A stretch of DNA of 64,000 nucleotides, taken from NCBI GenBank assembly GCA_965219445.1, contig CBDCNQ010000003.1:96001-160000 (forward strand), read 5' to 3'. The DNA comes from Longimicrobiales bacterium. Its GTDB lineage: Bacteria > Gemmatimonadota > Gemmatimonadetes > Longimicrobiales > Gaopeijiaceae. Position numbers and translations under genes: made by a program. The first letter of the stretch is position 1. Each line of letters opens with the position of its first letter. Positions 39,671 to 49,815 of the stretch are shown in pieces. The notes beneath the pieces were generated by a model, which was not told the DNA's origin, searched no databases, and saw only the letters and a program-made list of their open reading frames with translations.

Positions 39671-41065
39671 TCACTCGATCCCCTCGTCCCAGAGTTCACG
39701 GAAGGTCGGACCGTCCGCCCGAGGTGCTTCACGGCCAATGCTCCACTCCTTGAGCAGCGGCAGGCGGCGGACCACCCATTCCGGGAAAAGTCCCGCCATC
39801 CTCCCTGCCCACCCGAAGAGTCGGGATCTCGTCGCGGCGGAGGTCAGGAGGCCCAGCGCCGAACGTTCCACATCGCTGGTGAGTCCGCGTTCGACCGCCC
39901 GTTGGCGCCAGACATGCAGCAGATCCGGGATCGGGATTCGGACCGGGCATACGTCGGCACACGCTCCGCATGCGGAGGAGGCGAAGGGCAGCGGCAGCGT
40001 CTCCTCCAGGCCAACCAGCCCGGGGGCTATGACGGCGCCGATCGGTCCGGAATAGACGTAGCCGTACGCGTGCCCGCCCGTCTGCCGGTACACGGGGCAG
40101 ATGTTCAGACACGCCCCGCAGCGTACACAGCGCAGCGCTTCCCAGACCTCGGGATCCGCAAGCAATCGGGTGCGTCCGTTGTCCACCAGCACAACGTGCA
40201 GTTCCTCCGGTCCGTCTGGTTCATCCGCGGTCGAGCCTCCGGGGCCCTGGATGATCGAGACGAAGGTCCCCACCGGCTGTCCGGTTGCCGACTTGGCAGT
40301 GACTTGGAGGAAAGTCGAGAGATCGGCCCATCTGGGGAGCACCTTCTCGATCCCGACAAGCGCCACGTGGATCCGTGGAACCGAGGTCGACAGCCGGATG
40401 TTGCCCTCGTTCTCGATCAACGCGATCGAGCCGGTCTCCGCAACCAGGAAATTACCTCCGCTGACTCCCAGCTCGGCCGTGAGGAACTTATCCCGCAGGA
40501 ACTCCCTGGCGGCTTCTGCGAGGCGCTCCGGTGACGCATCGAGGGGCGTCCCCAGCCGCTCGTGGAAAATCACCCGTGTGTCGTCGAGGCTCTTGTGAAT
40601 GGAAGGGCCGACGATGTGGCTGGGTGGCTCGCCGAGGAGCTGGATGATGTATTCGCCGAGATCGGTCTCGAACACCTCCACGCCGCAGGATTCCAAGAAG
40701 TGGTTGAGCCCGAGTTCTTCGCTGAGCATGCTCTTGGCCTTCACCACCCTCCGAACTCCGTGTTCGCGCAAAATGCGCTCGAAGATCTCGTTTACGTCCG
40801 AAGCCGTCTCGGCCCAGTGGACATGGGCTCCCCGCTCGACGAGCCGTGTCTCTGCCTCTTCGAGATAGTCCGCAAGATGGGTGAGTGCGTGGCTCTTCAC
40901 CCGCTCGGCCCAGCTGCTCAAAGCGCTCACGTCGCACTCGGCGAAGGCAACGCGTCGATTGTCCACGAACGTTCGCGTTGCGGCCGTGACGGCCTCCCGT
41001 GCCTCTGGGGTCTCCGTAATGATATGGCGCGCCCGAGCGCGGTAATCGCGGCTATGCACCTCCAT
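39671..41065 (-). CDS. lutB: Lactate utilization protein B (Fe-S)
   Basis: KAKSM.SEE, ETDLGEYI, PSHIV, NEGN, CVRCGACLNICPVY, CGACADVCPV. Confidence 0.93.
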   Translation of the reverse strand: MEVHSRDYRARARHIITETPEAREAVTAATRTFVDNRRVAFAECDVSALSSWAERVKSHALTHLADYLEEAETRLVERGAHVHWAETASDVNEIFERILREHGVRRVVKAKSMLSEELGLNHFLESCGVEVFETDLGEYIIQLLGEPPSHIVGPSIHKSLDDTRVIFHERLGTPLDASPERLAEAAREFLRDKFLTAELGVSGGNFLVAETGSIALIENEGNIRLSTSVPRIHVALVGIEKVLPRWADLSTFLQVTAKSATGQPVGTFVSIIQGPGGSTADEPDGPEELHVVLVDNGRTRLLADPEVWEALRCVRCGACLNICPVYRQTGGHAYGYVYSGPIGAVIAPGLVGLEETLPLPFASSACGACADVCPVRIPIPDLLHVWRQRAVERGLTSDVERSALGLLTSAATRSRLFGWAGRMAGLFPEWVVRRLPLLKEWSIGREAPRADGPTFRELWDEGIE

Positions 41066-41756
41066 TGCGAGCCTCCCAAAGGGCCGAAGCCAAGGACTGG
41101 AAGCGGATGCGCTTGCTTCGGCGTCGGGCGCGACCGTCGAGATGGAGCAGGCATCCGCCGTCGGCCGATACGACGGTCTCCACATCGGGGAGCGTGTCCA
41201 GCTTCCGGTCAGCCATGGCGACCGACACCTCGGGAGCCTTCACCGAGAAGAGTCCTCCGAACCCACAGCACTCCTGATCCATCTCCCACGGGACGACCGC
41301 AGCGCCTGCGGACTCGAGAAGCCCCAGGAGCTGCTCTTCCACCCCGAGCTCTCGAAGTGCGTGGCAACCGTGATGGTAGGCCAGGCGACGGCCCTCGAGA
41401 CCACGTCCGAGCTCGGTGACCTCGAGGACGTCCACGAGGAACTCGGCCAGTTCGTAGGAGCGCTCGGCCACTATGGGAGATTCGAGGAGACGAGGGTATG
41501 TGCAGCGCAGCATCGCGGTGCAGCTTCCCGACGGGAGGACCACATAATCCGCATCGGCGAAAACCTCGGCGGTGTGAGCAGCCATTGCACGAGCTTGAGG
41601 CACGTGGCCCGCGTTCCACGCCGGCTGGCCACAGCACGTCTGACCCTTGGGAAAATCGACTTCGACGTCCAACGAGCGGAGTAGCCGAACAGCATCGGCG
41701 GCCGCGTCCGCGAAAAAACGGTCACCGAGACAGGTGACGAAGAGAGAGACTCGCAT
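41052..41756 (-). CDS. lutA: Lactate utilization protein A (CCG domains)
   Basis: LFVTCL, QTCCGQP, PSGSC, YHHGCH, ECCGFGG.F. Confidence 0.92.
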   Translation of the reverse strand: MRVSLFVTCLGDRFFADAAADAVRLLRSLDVEVDFPKGQTCCGQPAWNAGHVPQARAMAAHTAEVFADADYVVLPSGSCTAMLRCTYPRLLESPIVAERSYELAEFLVDVLEVTELGRGLEGRRLAYHHGCHALRELGVEEQLLGLLESAGAAVVPWEMDQECCGFGGLFSVKAPEVSVAMADRKLDTLPDVETVVSADGGCLLHLDGRARRRSKRIRFQSLASALWEARNGGA

Positions 41757-42087
41757 GGGGACTTGTGCGTCCAGAGGCTAGGGTCCTGTACCCGCCAGTT
41801 CCGCGGCCGCACTCCGGACTCGGGACTCGGGGTTCGACCAACATAGGATCCGACCAATAATAGGAAAGGCGGGGTCCGATCCGTCGACGTGGCCGCAACC
41901 GACGATCTCAACAGTTTGGCGTAGACAACACCTATCCTTATGCGTAGCATGTCCAAGCAGTGGATCGGATTCAACGCAGCTTGTGTCGGAGACAAGCCTT
42001 GTGTTGCGGATCTTCCGGAAATTCTGATCCCGAGGCCATCTGAGCGGTCCTCGGGCCTGTAATCACCGGTCAAACGGAGGTCAACTC

Positions 42088-42648
42088 ATGAAGCGCATCC
42101 TTATCGCCGTCCTCGGCCTGCTGACGTTTTCGGCCGGTGCGGACGCACAGAGCATGGCACAAACGATCGAGCGCGCCCTACTGGCCGCGCCTGCGCGGGC
42201 CCGGGAGGACGCTACGGTCATCAGATGGAATGCCGACCACACGTATCGGACCCTCAAAGAGGGCTCGAGCCAGTTGGTCTGCTACGACCGATCCGGAGAT
42301 CCCGGCCAGCCGGCGTTCGCTGTGGCCTGCACAGCCAGCGGGAACCTGGACAGAATCGCACAAAACCGGCGGTTTGCGGCAGAGGGCGGAGACCGGGCGG
42401 GGTCTCGCGCGATGGTGGCCGCCGCCGCCGAGAATGGCACACGAGTCCCACCCGTCTTTGGGTCGGCGTGGATGGATCTGGGCGGCGACAGTCGGGCGAG
42501 CGCTCGGCCCCACACGACAATCGCTATGCCGGGCGCAACCGAAGCGAGTTCCGGCTTTCCTGAGAGTCGCGCGGGTGGTGGTGCTTTCATCATGGCTGCC
42601 GGCACTTCGGAGGCCCACCTGATGGTGCCCTACATCGTGGCGCCCTAG
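42088..42648 (+). CDS. Secreted hypothetical protein
   Basis: GGAGG RBS, signal peptide, ALLAAP, AGTSEAHLMVP. Confidence 0.75.
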   Translation: MKRILIAVLGLLTFSAGADAQSMAQTIERALLAAPARAREDATVIRWNADHTYRTLKEGSSQLVCYDRSGDPGQPAFAVACTASGNLDRIAQNRRFAAEGGDRAGSRAMVAAAAENGTRVPPVFGSAWMDLGGDSRASARPHTTIAMPGATEASSGFPESRAGGGAFIMAAGTSEAHLMVPYIVAP

Positions 42649-42692
42649 AGCAAGTGGTCAGTGTCGCCGGCAGGTAGGAGCGCCGGTACGTC

Positions 42693-42731
42693 AAAAACGG
42701 GGCAAGGCCGATGCGGCCGTGCCCCGTTTTT
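42693..42731. terminator. Bidirectional intrinsic terminator
   Basis: AAAAACGGGGCA-AGGCCG..CGGCCG-TGCCCCGTTTTT. Confidence 0.85.
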
Positions 42732-43000
42732 GCGTCAAATCGTCCTAAAACCCTCGCTAGCCCGCCTTTAAAAGGTGTGCTCGATCGCCGAAATTTCTTA
42801 TCTTGGAATCAAGTGGCCGAGTGACGTGTGTATGTTCCGTTCGCCATCAGCGGCCGTAGCGTGTTTCGGGGCGGATCTTCTCCGTTTCTCCGTTGTCCCG
42901 ATTTACAGCTTGACTTTGATGTAACGCGAGGTGCGTCTTGAGCTTGCGAATTCTTGCCCATCGCGGACCGAGTCAGGGCGCTCGGAAGGTGGGGCTCTAC

Positions 43001-45277
43001 ATGGCCTTGGTGATGGGGTTGGTCCTCGTCATCGTGCCGGGGAAGGTAGCCGGCCAGGCCGAGGCCGACGGGCAGGGTCAGTATGACCCCACCTCCGTGG
43101 ACGATAGGACCGTGGCACACGCGGGCATGGTTCCCGGTCGACCGACGGTCTGGCCCACTCGCACCGATACGCCTCCGGTTATCGATGGCCGCCTCGACGA
43201 TGAAATGTGGAGATCGGCGGCCCTGATCACTGAATTCGTGCAGCAGGCTCCCCTCGATGGTGCGCCCGCGACGGAGAAGACCGAGGTCTACGTCGCATAC
43301 GACTCGAGAAACATCTACTTCGCTTTCTATGCGCACTATGAGGACCCGTCGATCATGCGAGCGAACCGGGTAGACCGAGACCAAGCGCCCATGGACGATC
43401 TCATGACAGTCTACTTCGACACGTTCATGGACCAACAGAGAGGGTACGACTTCGACGTCAACGGCTACGGGGTGCAAGGCGACGGTATCATCAGCGCGGG
43501 TGGTCGCGGCGGGCCGATTCCGCGAGCGGATCGGTCGTGGGACGCGCTGTTCGATAGTGGCGGTCAGATCGTGGAGGACGGATTTACGGCGGAGATGGCG
43601 ATCCCCTTCAAGAGCCTGCGATACCCGAGCCGGGAGCGTGACATACCGCATCGGTGGGGCTTCCAGATCGTTCGCGAGGTAAAAAGCAAGGATCGGGAGA
43701 ACCAGGTCTGGGCGCCGATGTCTCGCGACGAGTCGAGCTTCTTTGCACAGATGGGCGTTCTGGAGGGCATGGTCAACCTCTCCAGCAGCCGAAATATCGA
43801 GATTCTCCCTACGTTCACGACCATCGAGCACGGCACGATCGACGAGACGGTTCCGGGATTCGCCCACACGGCCACCGATCCGGACGCCGGCGTCAACGTC
43901 AAGTACGGTGTCACGTCGAACCTGACTGCGGACTTTACGGTGAACCCGGACTTCTCACAGATCGAATCGGATCGAGCCCAGATCGAGGTCAACCAGCGGT
44001 TTCCGCTGTTCTTCCCCGAGCTACGGCCCTTCTTCTTAGAGGGCGCGGAAATGTTCGACGTTCCCGGGCGGGTGAGGTTCGTCCACACCAGGACGATTGT
44101 CGATCCCGACTACGGCGCCAAGCTGACCGGTAAGATCGGGGCGATGTCAATCGGGGTGATGGCGGCCAACGACGCCGCGCCCGGAAAGGTGGAGGACGAG
44201 CTGGATCCTGCTTTCGATCGCTCGGCCCAAACGTTCATCGGGCGGGCCAGGTACGATCTGTATGCGGAGTCGAACATCGGTGCCATCTTCACCGATAGGG
44301 AGTTTTTGGACGGATACAGCCGGCTTCTCGGAGTCGACGGCAATTTCCGCATGAGCCCGACCATCGCAGGGGCGATCCGCGGGTTCGGCGCTTGGAATGT
44401 CGACAGTGACGGGGCGGAGCGGCGTAACGGGCACGTGCTCGACGCCAGACTGCGCCAGAATGGCAGGAATGTGGACTGGTTTGCGTCGGCCTACGAGATC
44501 ACTCCGAACTTCGCCACCGACGTCGGATTCGTGCGGCGCACGGATGAGAGGCGGCTCAACGGTAACATAGGATACCGCTTCTGGCCGAATGGTCGAATCG
44601 TCAACTGGGGTCCCCGGATCCGAGTCATGCAGAACTGGGATTTCGACGGCGACGTCCAGGACGAACGTCTCGGTCTCAGCCTCAACTTCTCGCTTGCCGG
44701 CAACATTGGCTTGGGGGGGAATTATGATCGGGAGATGGAGCGGTTCGGCGGGATAGACTTCAATAAGACGAGGTTTTCTGCACGAGCCAACGTGAATAGC
44801 CGTTCATATTCGTTCGGCGGGAACTTCGGTGTGGGGGATGAGATCCTCTTCACTAGCGATCCGCAGTTAGGTCACGAGTTCCGTTGGAGCGTCAACGGTC
44901 AGGTGCGGCCCACGACGAGTCTCTCCACGCGCCTCAGCCTGAACGCGACCCGGTTGACGGTGGATGGCGTCCAGGAGTTCGACGTGAAGATCCTGCGTGC
45001 CACCAGCACCTATCAGGCCACCGAGAAGTTGGGCTTCCGAAACATCACGGAGTTCAACTCGCTGGATAGAGAGCTCGACTTCAACCTGCTAGCCACCTAT
45101 CGGATCAACGCCGGCACCGTCTTCTTTGTCGGCTACGATGACCACTACCAGCAGGCCGATCTCATCGAAGGGGACCGGGACGGCGACGGAATCGACGAGC
45201 GGCTCTTCTTCACGAAAGATCTACGCCGCACGAATCGCGCGATCTTCGTGAAGCTTCAGTACCTGCTTCGTTACTGA
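43001..45277 (+). CDS. DUF5916 / CBM9-like outer-membrane protein
   Basis: PVIDGRLDD, AEMAIPFKSLRY, NPDFSQIESD, FPELRPFFLEG, KLQYLLRY; start uncertain (42938 or 43001). Confidence 0.85.
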   Translation: MALVMGLVLVIVPGKVAGQAEADGQGQYDPTSVDDRTVAHAGMVPGRPTVWPTRTDTPPVIDGRLDDEMWRSAALITEFVQQAPLDGAPATEKTEVYVAYDSRNIYFAFYAHYEDPSIMRANRVDRDQAPMDDLMTVYFDTFMDQQRGYDFDVNGYGVQGDGIISAGGRGGPIPRADRSWDALFDSGGQIVEDGFTAEMAIPFKSLRYPSRERDIPHRWGFQIVREVKSKDRENQVWAPMSRDESSFFAQMGVLEGMVNLSSSRNIEILPTFTTIEHGTIDETVPGFAHTATDPDAGVNVKYGVTSNLTADFTVNPDFSQIESDRAQIEVNQRFPLFFPELRPFFLEGAEMFDVPGRVRFVHTRTIVDPDYGAKLTGKIGAMSIGVMAANDAAPGKVEDELDPAFDRSAQTFIGRARYDLYAESNIGAIFTDREFLDGYSRLLGVDGNFRMSPTIAGAIRGFGAWNVDSDGAERRNGHVLDARLRQNGRNVDWFASAYEITPNFATDVGFVRRTDERRLNGNIGYRFWPNGRIVNWGPRIRVMQNWDFDGDVQDERLGLSLNFSLAGNIGLGGNYDREMERFGGIDFNKTRFSARANVNSRSYSFGGNFGVGDEILFTSDPQLGHEFRWSVNGQVRPTTSLSTRLSLNATRLTVDGVQEFDVKILRATSTYQATEKLGFRNITEFNSLDRELDFNLLATYRINAGTVFFVGYDDHYQQADLIEGDRDGDGIDERLFFTKDLRRTNRAIFVKLQYLLRY

Positions 45278-45467
45278 GGGCGGGCGCGGGGGATCCTTCG
45301 TACGCCTGGACGGAGTCCGCGGCTACCGGATTGCGGCCTCGTTTCCCAATCTCATTCGTGGAAGCTGCGCGACTCGCGCATCCGCACTGCGCTTGACTAC
45401 CCGTTGACAGAGCCCTAGAAATCACTCCGCCCGGAGGATCTCGCTGAAGGGCGCCCGCGGGAGGACG

Positions 45468-47795
45468 ATGAATCAGATACGGCCAATGAAGGATTGGGGA
45501 CGTGAAATGAGGATTTCACGTGCGGTCCGGTGGATGGGTCTGTGGGCGCTCGGGGCTCTGATCCCCTCGCCCTCTGCTGCCCAGTACCGCCATCCAGTCG
45601 ACGCCGAGATGATACAGTCGGTGATGCCCGCAGCCGACAGTTTTTCCGTGAAGAGGGGCCTCCCACCCGTATACACCGCGTACGGCACCGGCTCGGATGG
45701 ATCGCCAGGGAACGTGATCGGTTACGTGTACCTGACTGCGAACGTACCGCCCGCAGTTTACGGCTACAGCAGCCGGATCGATGTGCTGGTGGGGATGGAT
45801 CTGCTGGGGCAGATCACGGGCATGCACATCGTCGACTACCGCGAATCGCTCAGCAGCTCCCATGGGGACTTTCTGAGAGGCGTCGGCCTCGAGGAGCAAG
45901 TGCTCGGCAAGCACATCGCCGAGTCATTCCAAGTCGGGAGGGATTTGCACGGCGTCAGCGGTGCATCGATATCCGCCCGAGCCATGTACCGCGGTGTCCG
46001 CAACTCTGCCCGCCGGGTGGCGCTCGCTTACCTGCAGGCTAACGAAACGTACGCGCCCCCGACCGATGCGGCGCTCGAGGATCTCACGTGGATGCAGATG
46101 ATTTCGACCGGCTATATCCGAACGATGCCGATCGAGAGGTTCAACGCGGTGGGCTTGGAGCTTTCATTCGCGTATATGGGGGATGAGGCGCTCGGAGGCC
46201 TTCTGATGGGCCCGGTGAGGTACCAAGACGTAGCCTCGCGTGTGGCTGGCTTGGCTGAGGACGATCACGCGATGTTCGTCGGTATCGACGGAAGCGCCGT
46301 CTCCGGATTCCGCAGCAACGCGCTCTCGATCCGCCAAGAAGAAGAAGTTTATCGGGTACCGAGTAGGCAAGTGATCTTCCTGGGAACGCCGTGGGAGGGC
46401 AAGGCGGCCGACCAGGTCGTATACACGCTGATCATGCGGATGGACAGCGCAGTCGATCTCGAGAAACCCTTCACTGTTGTCTACGATGACGGGACCGGCG
46501 GTGACTTCAGCGCGGACTACGCTATCCCGGCGGAGGTGCTGGCGTCCGTCGGCGAGCGAGCCGCTGCGGTGAGGTTGGCCGCTGGGGAGTCGACCGACGC
46601 AGAATCGACCGCGGCGGAGTCGACCGACGCAGAATCAACCGCGGTGGAGCTGACCGAGACGGAATCGGCTGTTGCGGAGGCCGCCGGCTCGGAAGACGGA
46701 GCGGCCTCCGTGAGCGAGCCGGCCTCCGCAGCACCGTCCGCCCCCGCGGAACCGGTCGCGGCAGAGGCGACCGCGGTGGAGGGAGCTGTCGAGGAGCCGA
46801 ACGGAGCGTCCTCGCTGCCCGGTGAGCTGATCGTGCCGGAAGGGGCTCTTGATTTGACGTCGGACGGCCCGCCCGAGGGCGCATCTGCCGGCTTGCCGGC
46901 GCTCCAGGGCATCGCGGAACTGGATTTTTCCGCCTTCGAGGATTTCGAGGATGAGACGGCTCTGTCTCGGTTGTTGCTCGAGACCCAATGGGCTCCTGTC
47001 ATTCGTTTGGTTCTCCTACTGGCTTTGGTGTTGTACGCCTTCTTCGCGAAGAATGAATGGGTACGGGGTGTCACTCTCGCTGTGACCCTCATCTACCTGG
47101 GATTCTTCGACGGTGGCTTCCTGTCCGTCTCGCATATCGCCAGTGGATTTGCCGTGGGTCCGGCTATCTACGTCAGGGATCTGGCGTTGCTGATCATGAT
47201 TGGCTTCACGGTGATCACGACTCTGCTTTGGGGCCGAGTGTTCTGCGGTTTTCTCTGCCCATTTGGAGTCCTGCAGGATCTGATCACACGTATCGTGCCG
47301 CGCCGTCTCCAGCGTGCATTCCCCCAGCGGATCCACGACCGAGCGCTCTACCTCAAATACGGGATACTGCTTCTGATTGTCGGCTTGGCGGCCGCCCCCG
47401 CGCATATCGGAGTGTACCAGTACTTCGAGCCCTTCGGGACGGTGTTCTACCTGAGTACCTCGCCGTTGTTGTGGAGTATCGCCGGTGGATTTCTTGTAGC
47501 GTCGGCCGTGGTCCCGCGGTTTTACTGTCGGTACGCGTGCCCGCTGGGTGCCGCCTTGGGCGTCGTTTCCTACCTGTCGATCTTCCGGATCAGACGTGTC
47601 GAGCAGTGCGTCCCATGCAAGGTGTGTGAAATCGCATGTCCTACCGGCGCGGTGCGTGGGCCCGAGATCGACTTCAAGGAGTGCGTCCGGTGTAACATCT
47701 GCGAGATCAAGTTGTTGACGAAGGCGGGGGTGTGTCGACACAGCATGGATGTCGTTCGAACCCGGCTGGTTCAGCTGGAAACCTCGGCTCGGTAG
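45468..47795 (+). CDS. NosR/NirI-like FMN-binding and 4Fe-4S membrane electron-transfer protein
   Basis: GYSSRI.VLVG, GVSGASIS flavinylation motif, GRVFCGFLCPFG, RFYCRYACPLGA, two ferredoxin Cys motifs. Confidence 0.85.
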   Translation: MNQIRPMKDWGREMRISRAVRWMGLWALGALIPSPSAAQYRHPVDAEMIQSVMPAADSFSVKRGLPPVYTAYGTGSDGSPGNVIGYVYLTANVPPAVYGYSSRIDVLVGMDLLGQITGMHIVDYRESLSSSHGDFLRGVGLEEQVLGKHIAESFQVGRDLHGVSGASISARAMYRGVRNSARRVALAYLQANETYAPPTDAALEDLTWMQMISTGYIRTMPIERFNAVGLELSFAYMGDEALGGLLMGPVRYQDVASRVAGLAEDDHAMFVGIDGSAVSGFRSNALSIRQEEEVYRVPSRQVIFLGTPWEGKAADQVVYTLIMRMDSAVDLEKPFTVVYDDGTGGDFSADYAIPAEVLASVGERAAAVRLAAGESTDAESTAAESTDAESTAVELTETESAVAEAAGSEDGAASVSEPASAAPSAPAEPVAAEATAVEGAVEEPNGASSLPGELIVPEGALDLTSDGPPEGASAGLPALQGIAELDFSAFEDFEDETALSRLLLETQWAPVIRLVLLLALVLYAFFAKNEWVRGVTLAVTLIYLGFFDGGFLSVSHIASGFAVGPAIYVRDLALLIMIGFTVITTLLWGRVFCGFLCPFGVLQDLITRIVPRRLQRAFPQRIHDRALYLKYGILLLIVGLAAAPAHIGVYQYFEPFGTVFYLSTSPLLWSIAGGFLVASAVVPRFYCRYACPLGAALGVVSYLSIFRIRRVEQCVPCKVCEIACPTGAVRGPEIDFKECVRCNICEIKLLTKAGVCRHSMDVVRTRLVQLETSAR
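46586..46675 (+). repeat. 30-bp coding tandem repeat (ESTDAESTAA; two near-perfect copies and one degenerate) in an acidic linker
   Basis: ggagtcgaccgacgcagaatc(g/a)accgcgg. Confidence 0.85.
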
Positions 47796-47804
47796 GAGGC
47801 TCCA

Positions 47805-48839
47805 ATGTCCGACGCATCCGGTCGTGCCCTTCCAAGGCGCCAGGTTCTGCGGATCACAGCAGCGGTGGGCGCGTCCGCCGTGCTCGGCGGAGGACTGCTC
47901 AGAGTCGCCCTGGAGCGTGCAGGACTGCACCAGGTGCGCCGGACACGCACCCAGATGGGCACGCTGGTCACCATTTCCGCCGTGCACCCGGACGCCGAGG
48001 CCGCACGAACGATGGTGGCCACCACGTTCGATGAGATCGAGCGGCTGGAGAGCTTGCTGAGCCGTTACCGCACTGGCACCCCTGTATGGAAGCTCAACGA
48101 GACCGGGGTGGTTCGCTCTCCGCCTGGGGAGGTCCTCGAAGTGTTTCGGAAGGGAGTCGAATACTCGGCTCTGAGCGCGGGGGCGTTCGACATGACGATC
48201 GCTCCCCTGCTCAATCTCTACAATTCGAGCTTTTCCGAGACGGGAGCCGCACCGCCTCGAGAAGAGGTCCGGCGGGCTCTCGCGCTCGTCGGATTCCAGC
48301 ATGTCCACGTGAGTGACAGCGAGATCGCCTTCGGGAAGGCGGGAATGGCGGTGACGCTCGACGGGATCGCTAAGGGATACATCGTGGACCAGGCCGTCGA
48401 GGTTCTCCGGAAGCAGGGCGCCACGAGGGTGCTGGTAAACGCCGGTGGCGATATTGCGTCGTCGGGTGAGAGCCTCGGAGGGGACGCGTGGAGGATTGGG
48501 CTTCAGGACCCGCGCGTTGCTGATGGAAGCCTTGGAGTTCTGCTGCTGCGAGGCGAGTCTGTCGCCACCTCCGGAGACTATGTGCACTACCTCACGCCCG
48601 ACATGAGCCTGCACCATATCCTCGACCCCCGGACCGGGTCGTCGCCCGAAAACACAAGTGGGGTCTCCGTGGTGGCTCCGTCCGCGATGGCCGCGGATGC
48701 GTTGTCGACCGCTGCCCTGGTGCTGGGCCCCGGGGAGGGGATGGAGCTCCTCGACCGTCTCGACGGAATCGAGGGGATGATCGTTACGAAGGACCAGACG
48801 GTCCTGAGTTCGAGAGGGCTGAGAAAATACACCACGTGA
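47805..48839 (+). CDS. apbE: FAD:protein FMN transferase with Tat-like signal
   Basis: QMGT, GAFDMT, LDGIAKGY, NAGGD, ATSGDY, HHILDPRTG, ADALST. Confidence 0.93.
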   Translation: MSDASGRALPRRQVLRITAAVGASAVLGGGLLRVALERAGLHQVRRTRTQMGTLVTISAVHPDAEAARTMVATTFDEIERLESLLSRYRTGTPVWKLNETGVVRSPPGEVLEVFRKGVEYSALSAGAFDMTIAPLLNLYNSSFSETGAAPPREEVRRALALVGFQHVHVSDSEIAFGKAGMAVTLDGIAKGYIVDQAVEVLRKQGATRVLVNAGGDIASSGESLGGDAWRIGLQDPRVADGSLGVLLLRGESVATSGDYVHYLTPDMSLHHILDPRTGSSPENTSGVSVVAPSAMAADALSTAALVLGPGEGMELLDRLDGIEGMIVTKDQTVLSSRGLRKYTT

Positions 48840-48951
48840 GGGCATCTCCGGTACTATTTTGAATAGGTGCCTATGAATTAGGTGCACCTTCGTTCGGACT
48901 CGTGTGTCGAGCCGCCGGGGGTATCCGATCCGGTACGATGAGGAACAGAGG

Positions 48952-49815
48952 ATGACGGAGGTGGGCAAGAGCCGATTGCGCAGGGGCGCCCTCATAACGT
49001 TTGGGGTGATGGCCGTCGTGTCCGTGGCGGCCCGTGTCTCGGTTGCACAGACGATCGACCAACGCCTGAGCGCCTCTCGTGGGTCGTCCGGAGGCACTGA
49101 GGGTTTTGTGGACCCCTCCGGGCGGGCCTTCACTTTCTGCCGAGTCGCCTACCGCCAAGTGCGCCGCGAGCCGAATGGGCAAGGCTGGCGCACGGACTAT
49201 CCGGATGCCGACCGGAACCTCATGCTCCGGCTCTCCCAACTCACGACGACGCCGATCCGGACGACCCCAGAGGGGCACCCCGACCATATCATCGTGCAGC
49301 TCACCGATGATGCCATCTTTCAGTGCCCGTTCGTCTTCATGTCCGACGTGGGGACAATGGCAATGAACCCTGAGGAGGCGGAGCGTCTCCGCGAATACCT
49401 CCTGCGGGGAGGGTTTCTTTGGGTCGACGACTTCTGGGGTGACTTTGCATGGGATGCCTGGGTTGAAGAGCTCGGCAAGGCGCTTCCGCCGGCCGAATAT
49501 CCGATCGCGGACATCCCCCCCGGCGATATAATCTTCAACGCGCTATACAACGTGTACGACGTGCCACAGGTGCCTTCTATTCAATTTTGGCGCCGGAGCG
49601 GCGGGAAAACGTCGGAGCGGGGCTCCGGCAGTGCCGTCCCGCATCTGAGAGGTGTGCGGGACGAGCAGGGGCGGATCATCGTCCTGATGTCCCATAACAC
49701 CGACGTCGCCGACGGCTGGGAGAGAGAGGGGGAGGACGAAGAGTTCTTCTTCGAGTTTTCTCCCAAGTCCTACGCGCTCGGGATCAACATCGTCTTGTAC
49801 GCGCTGACCCACTAG
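48952..49815 (+). CDS. DUF4159 domain protein
   Basis: W.TDYPDADRN, LREYLLRGGFLWVDDFWG, HNTDVADGWE, GINIVLYALTH. Confidence 0.88.
   Translation: MTEVGKSRLRRGALITFGVMAVVSVAARVSVAQTIDQRLSASRGSSGGTEGFVDPSGRAFTFCRVAYRQVRREPNGQGWRTDYPDADRNLMLRLSQLTTTPIRTTPEGHPDHIIVQLTDDAIFQCPFVFMSDVGTMAMNPEEAERLREYLLRGGFLWVDDFWGDFAWDAWVEELGKALPPAEYPIADIPPGDIIFNALYNVYDVPQVPSIQFWRRSGGKTSERGSGSAVPHLRGVRDEQGRIIVLMSHNTDVADGWEREGEDEEFFFEFSPKSYALGINIVLYALTH

Noticed and set aside
47016..49133. 705-aa minus-strand ORF
   Set aside because: Antisense shadow of the NosR-like, apbE and DUF4159 genes; no motifs; typical of high-GC DNA
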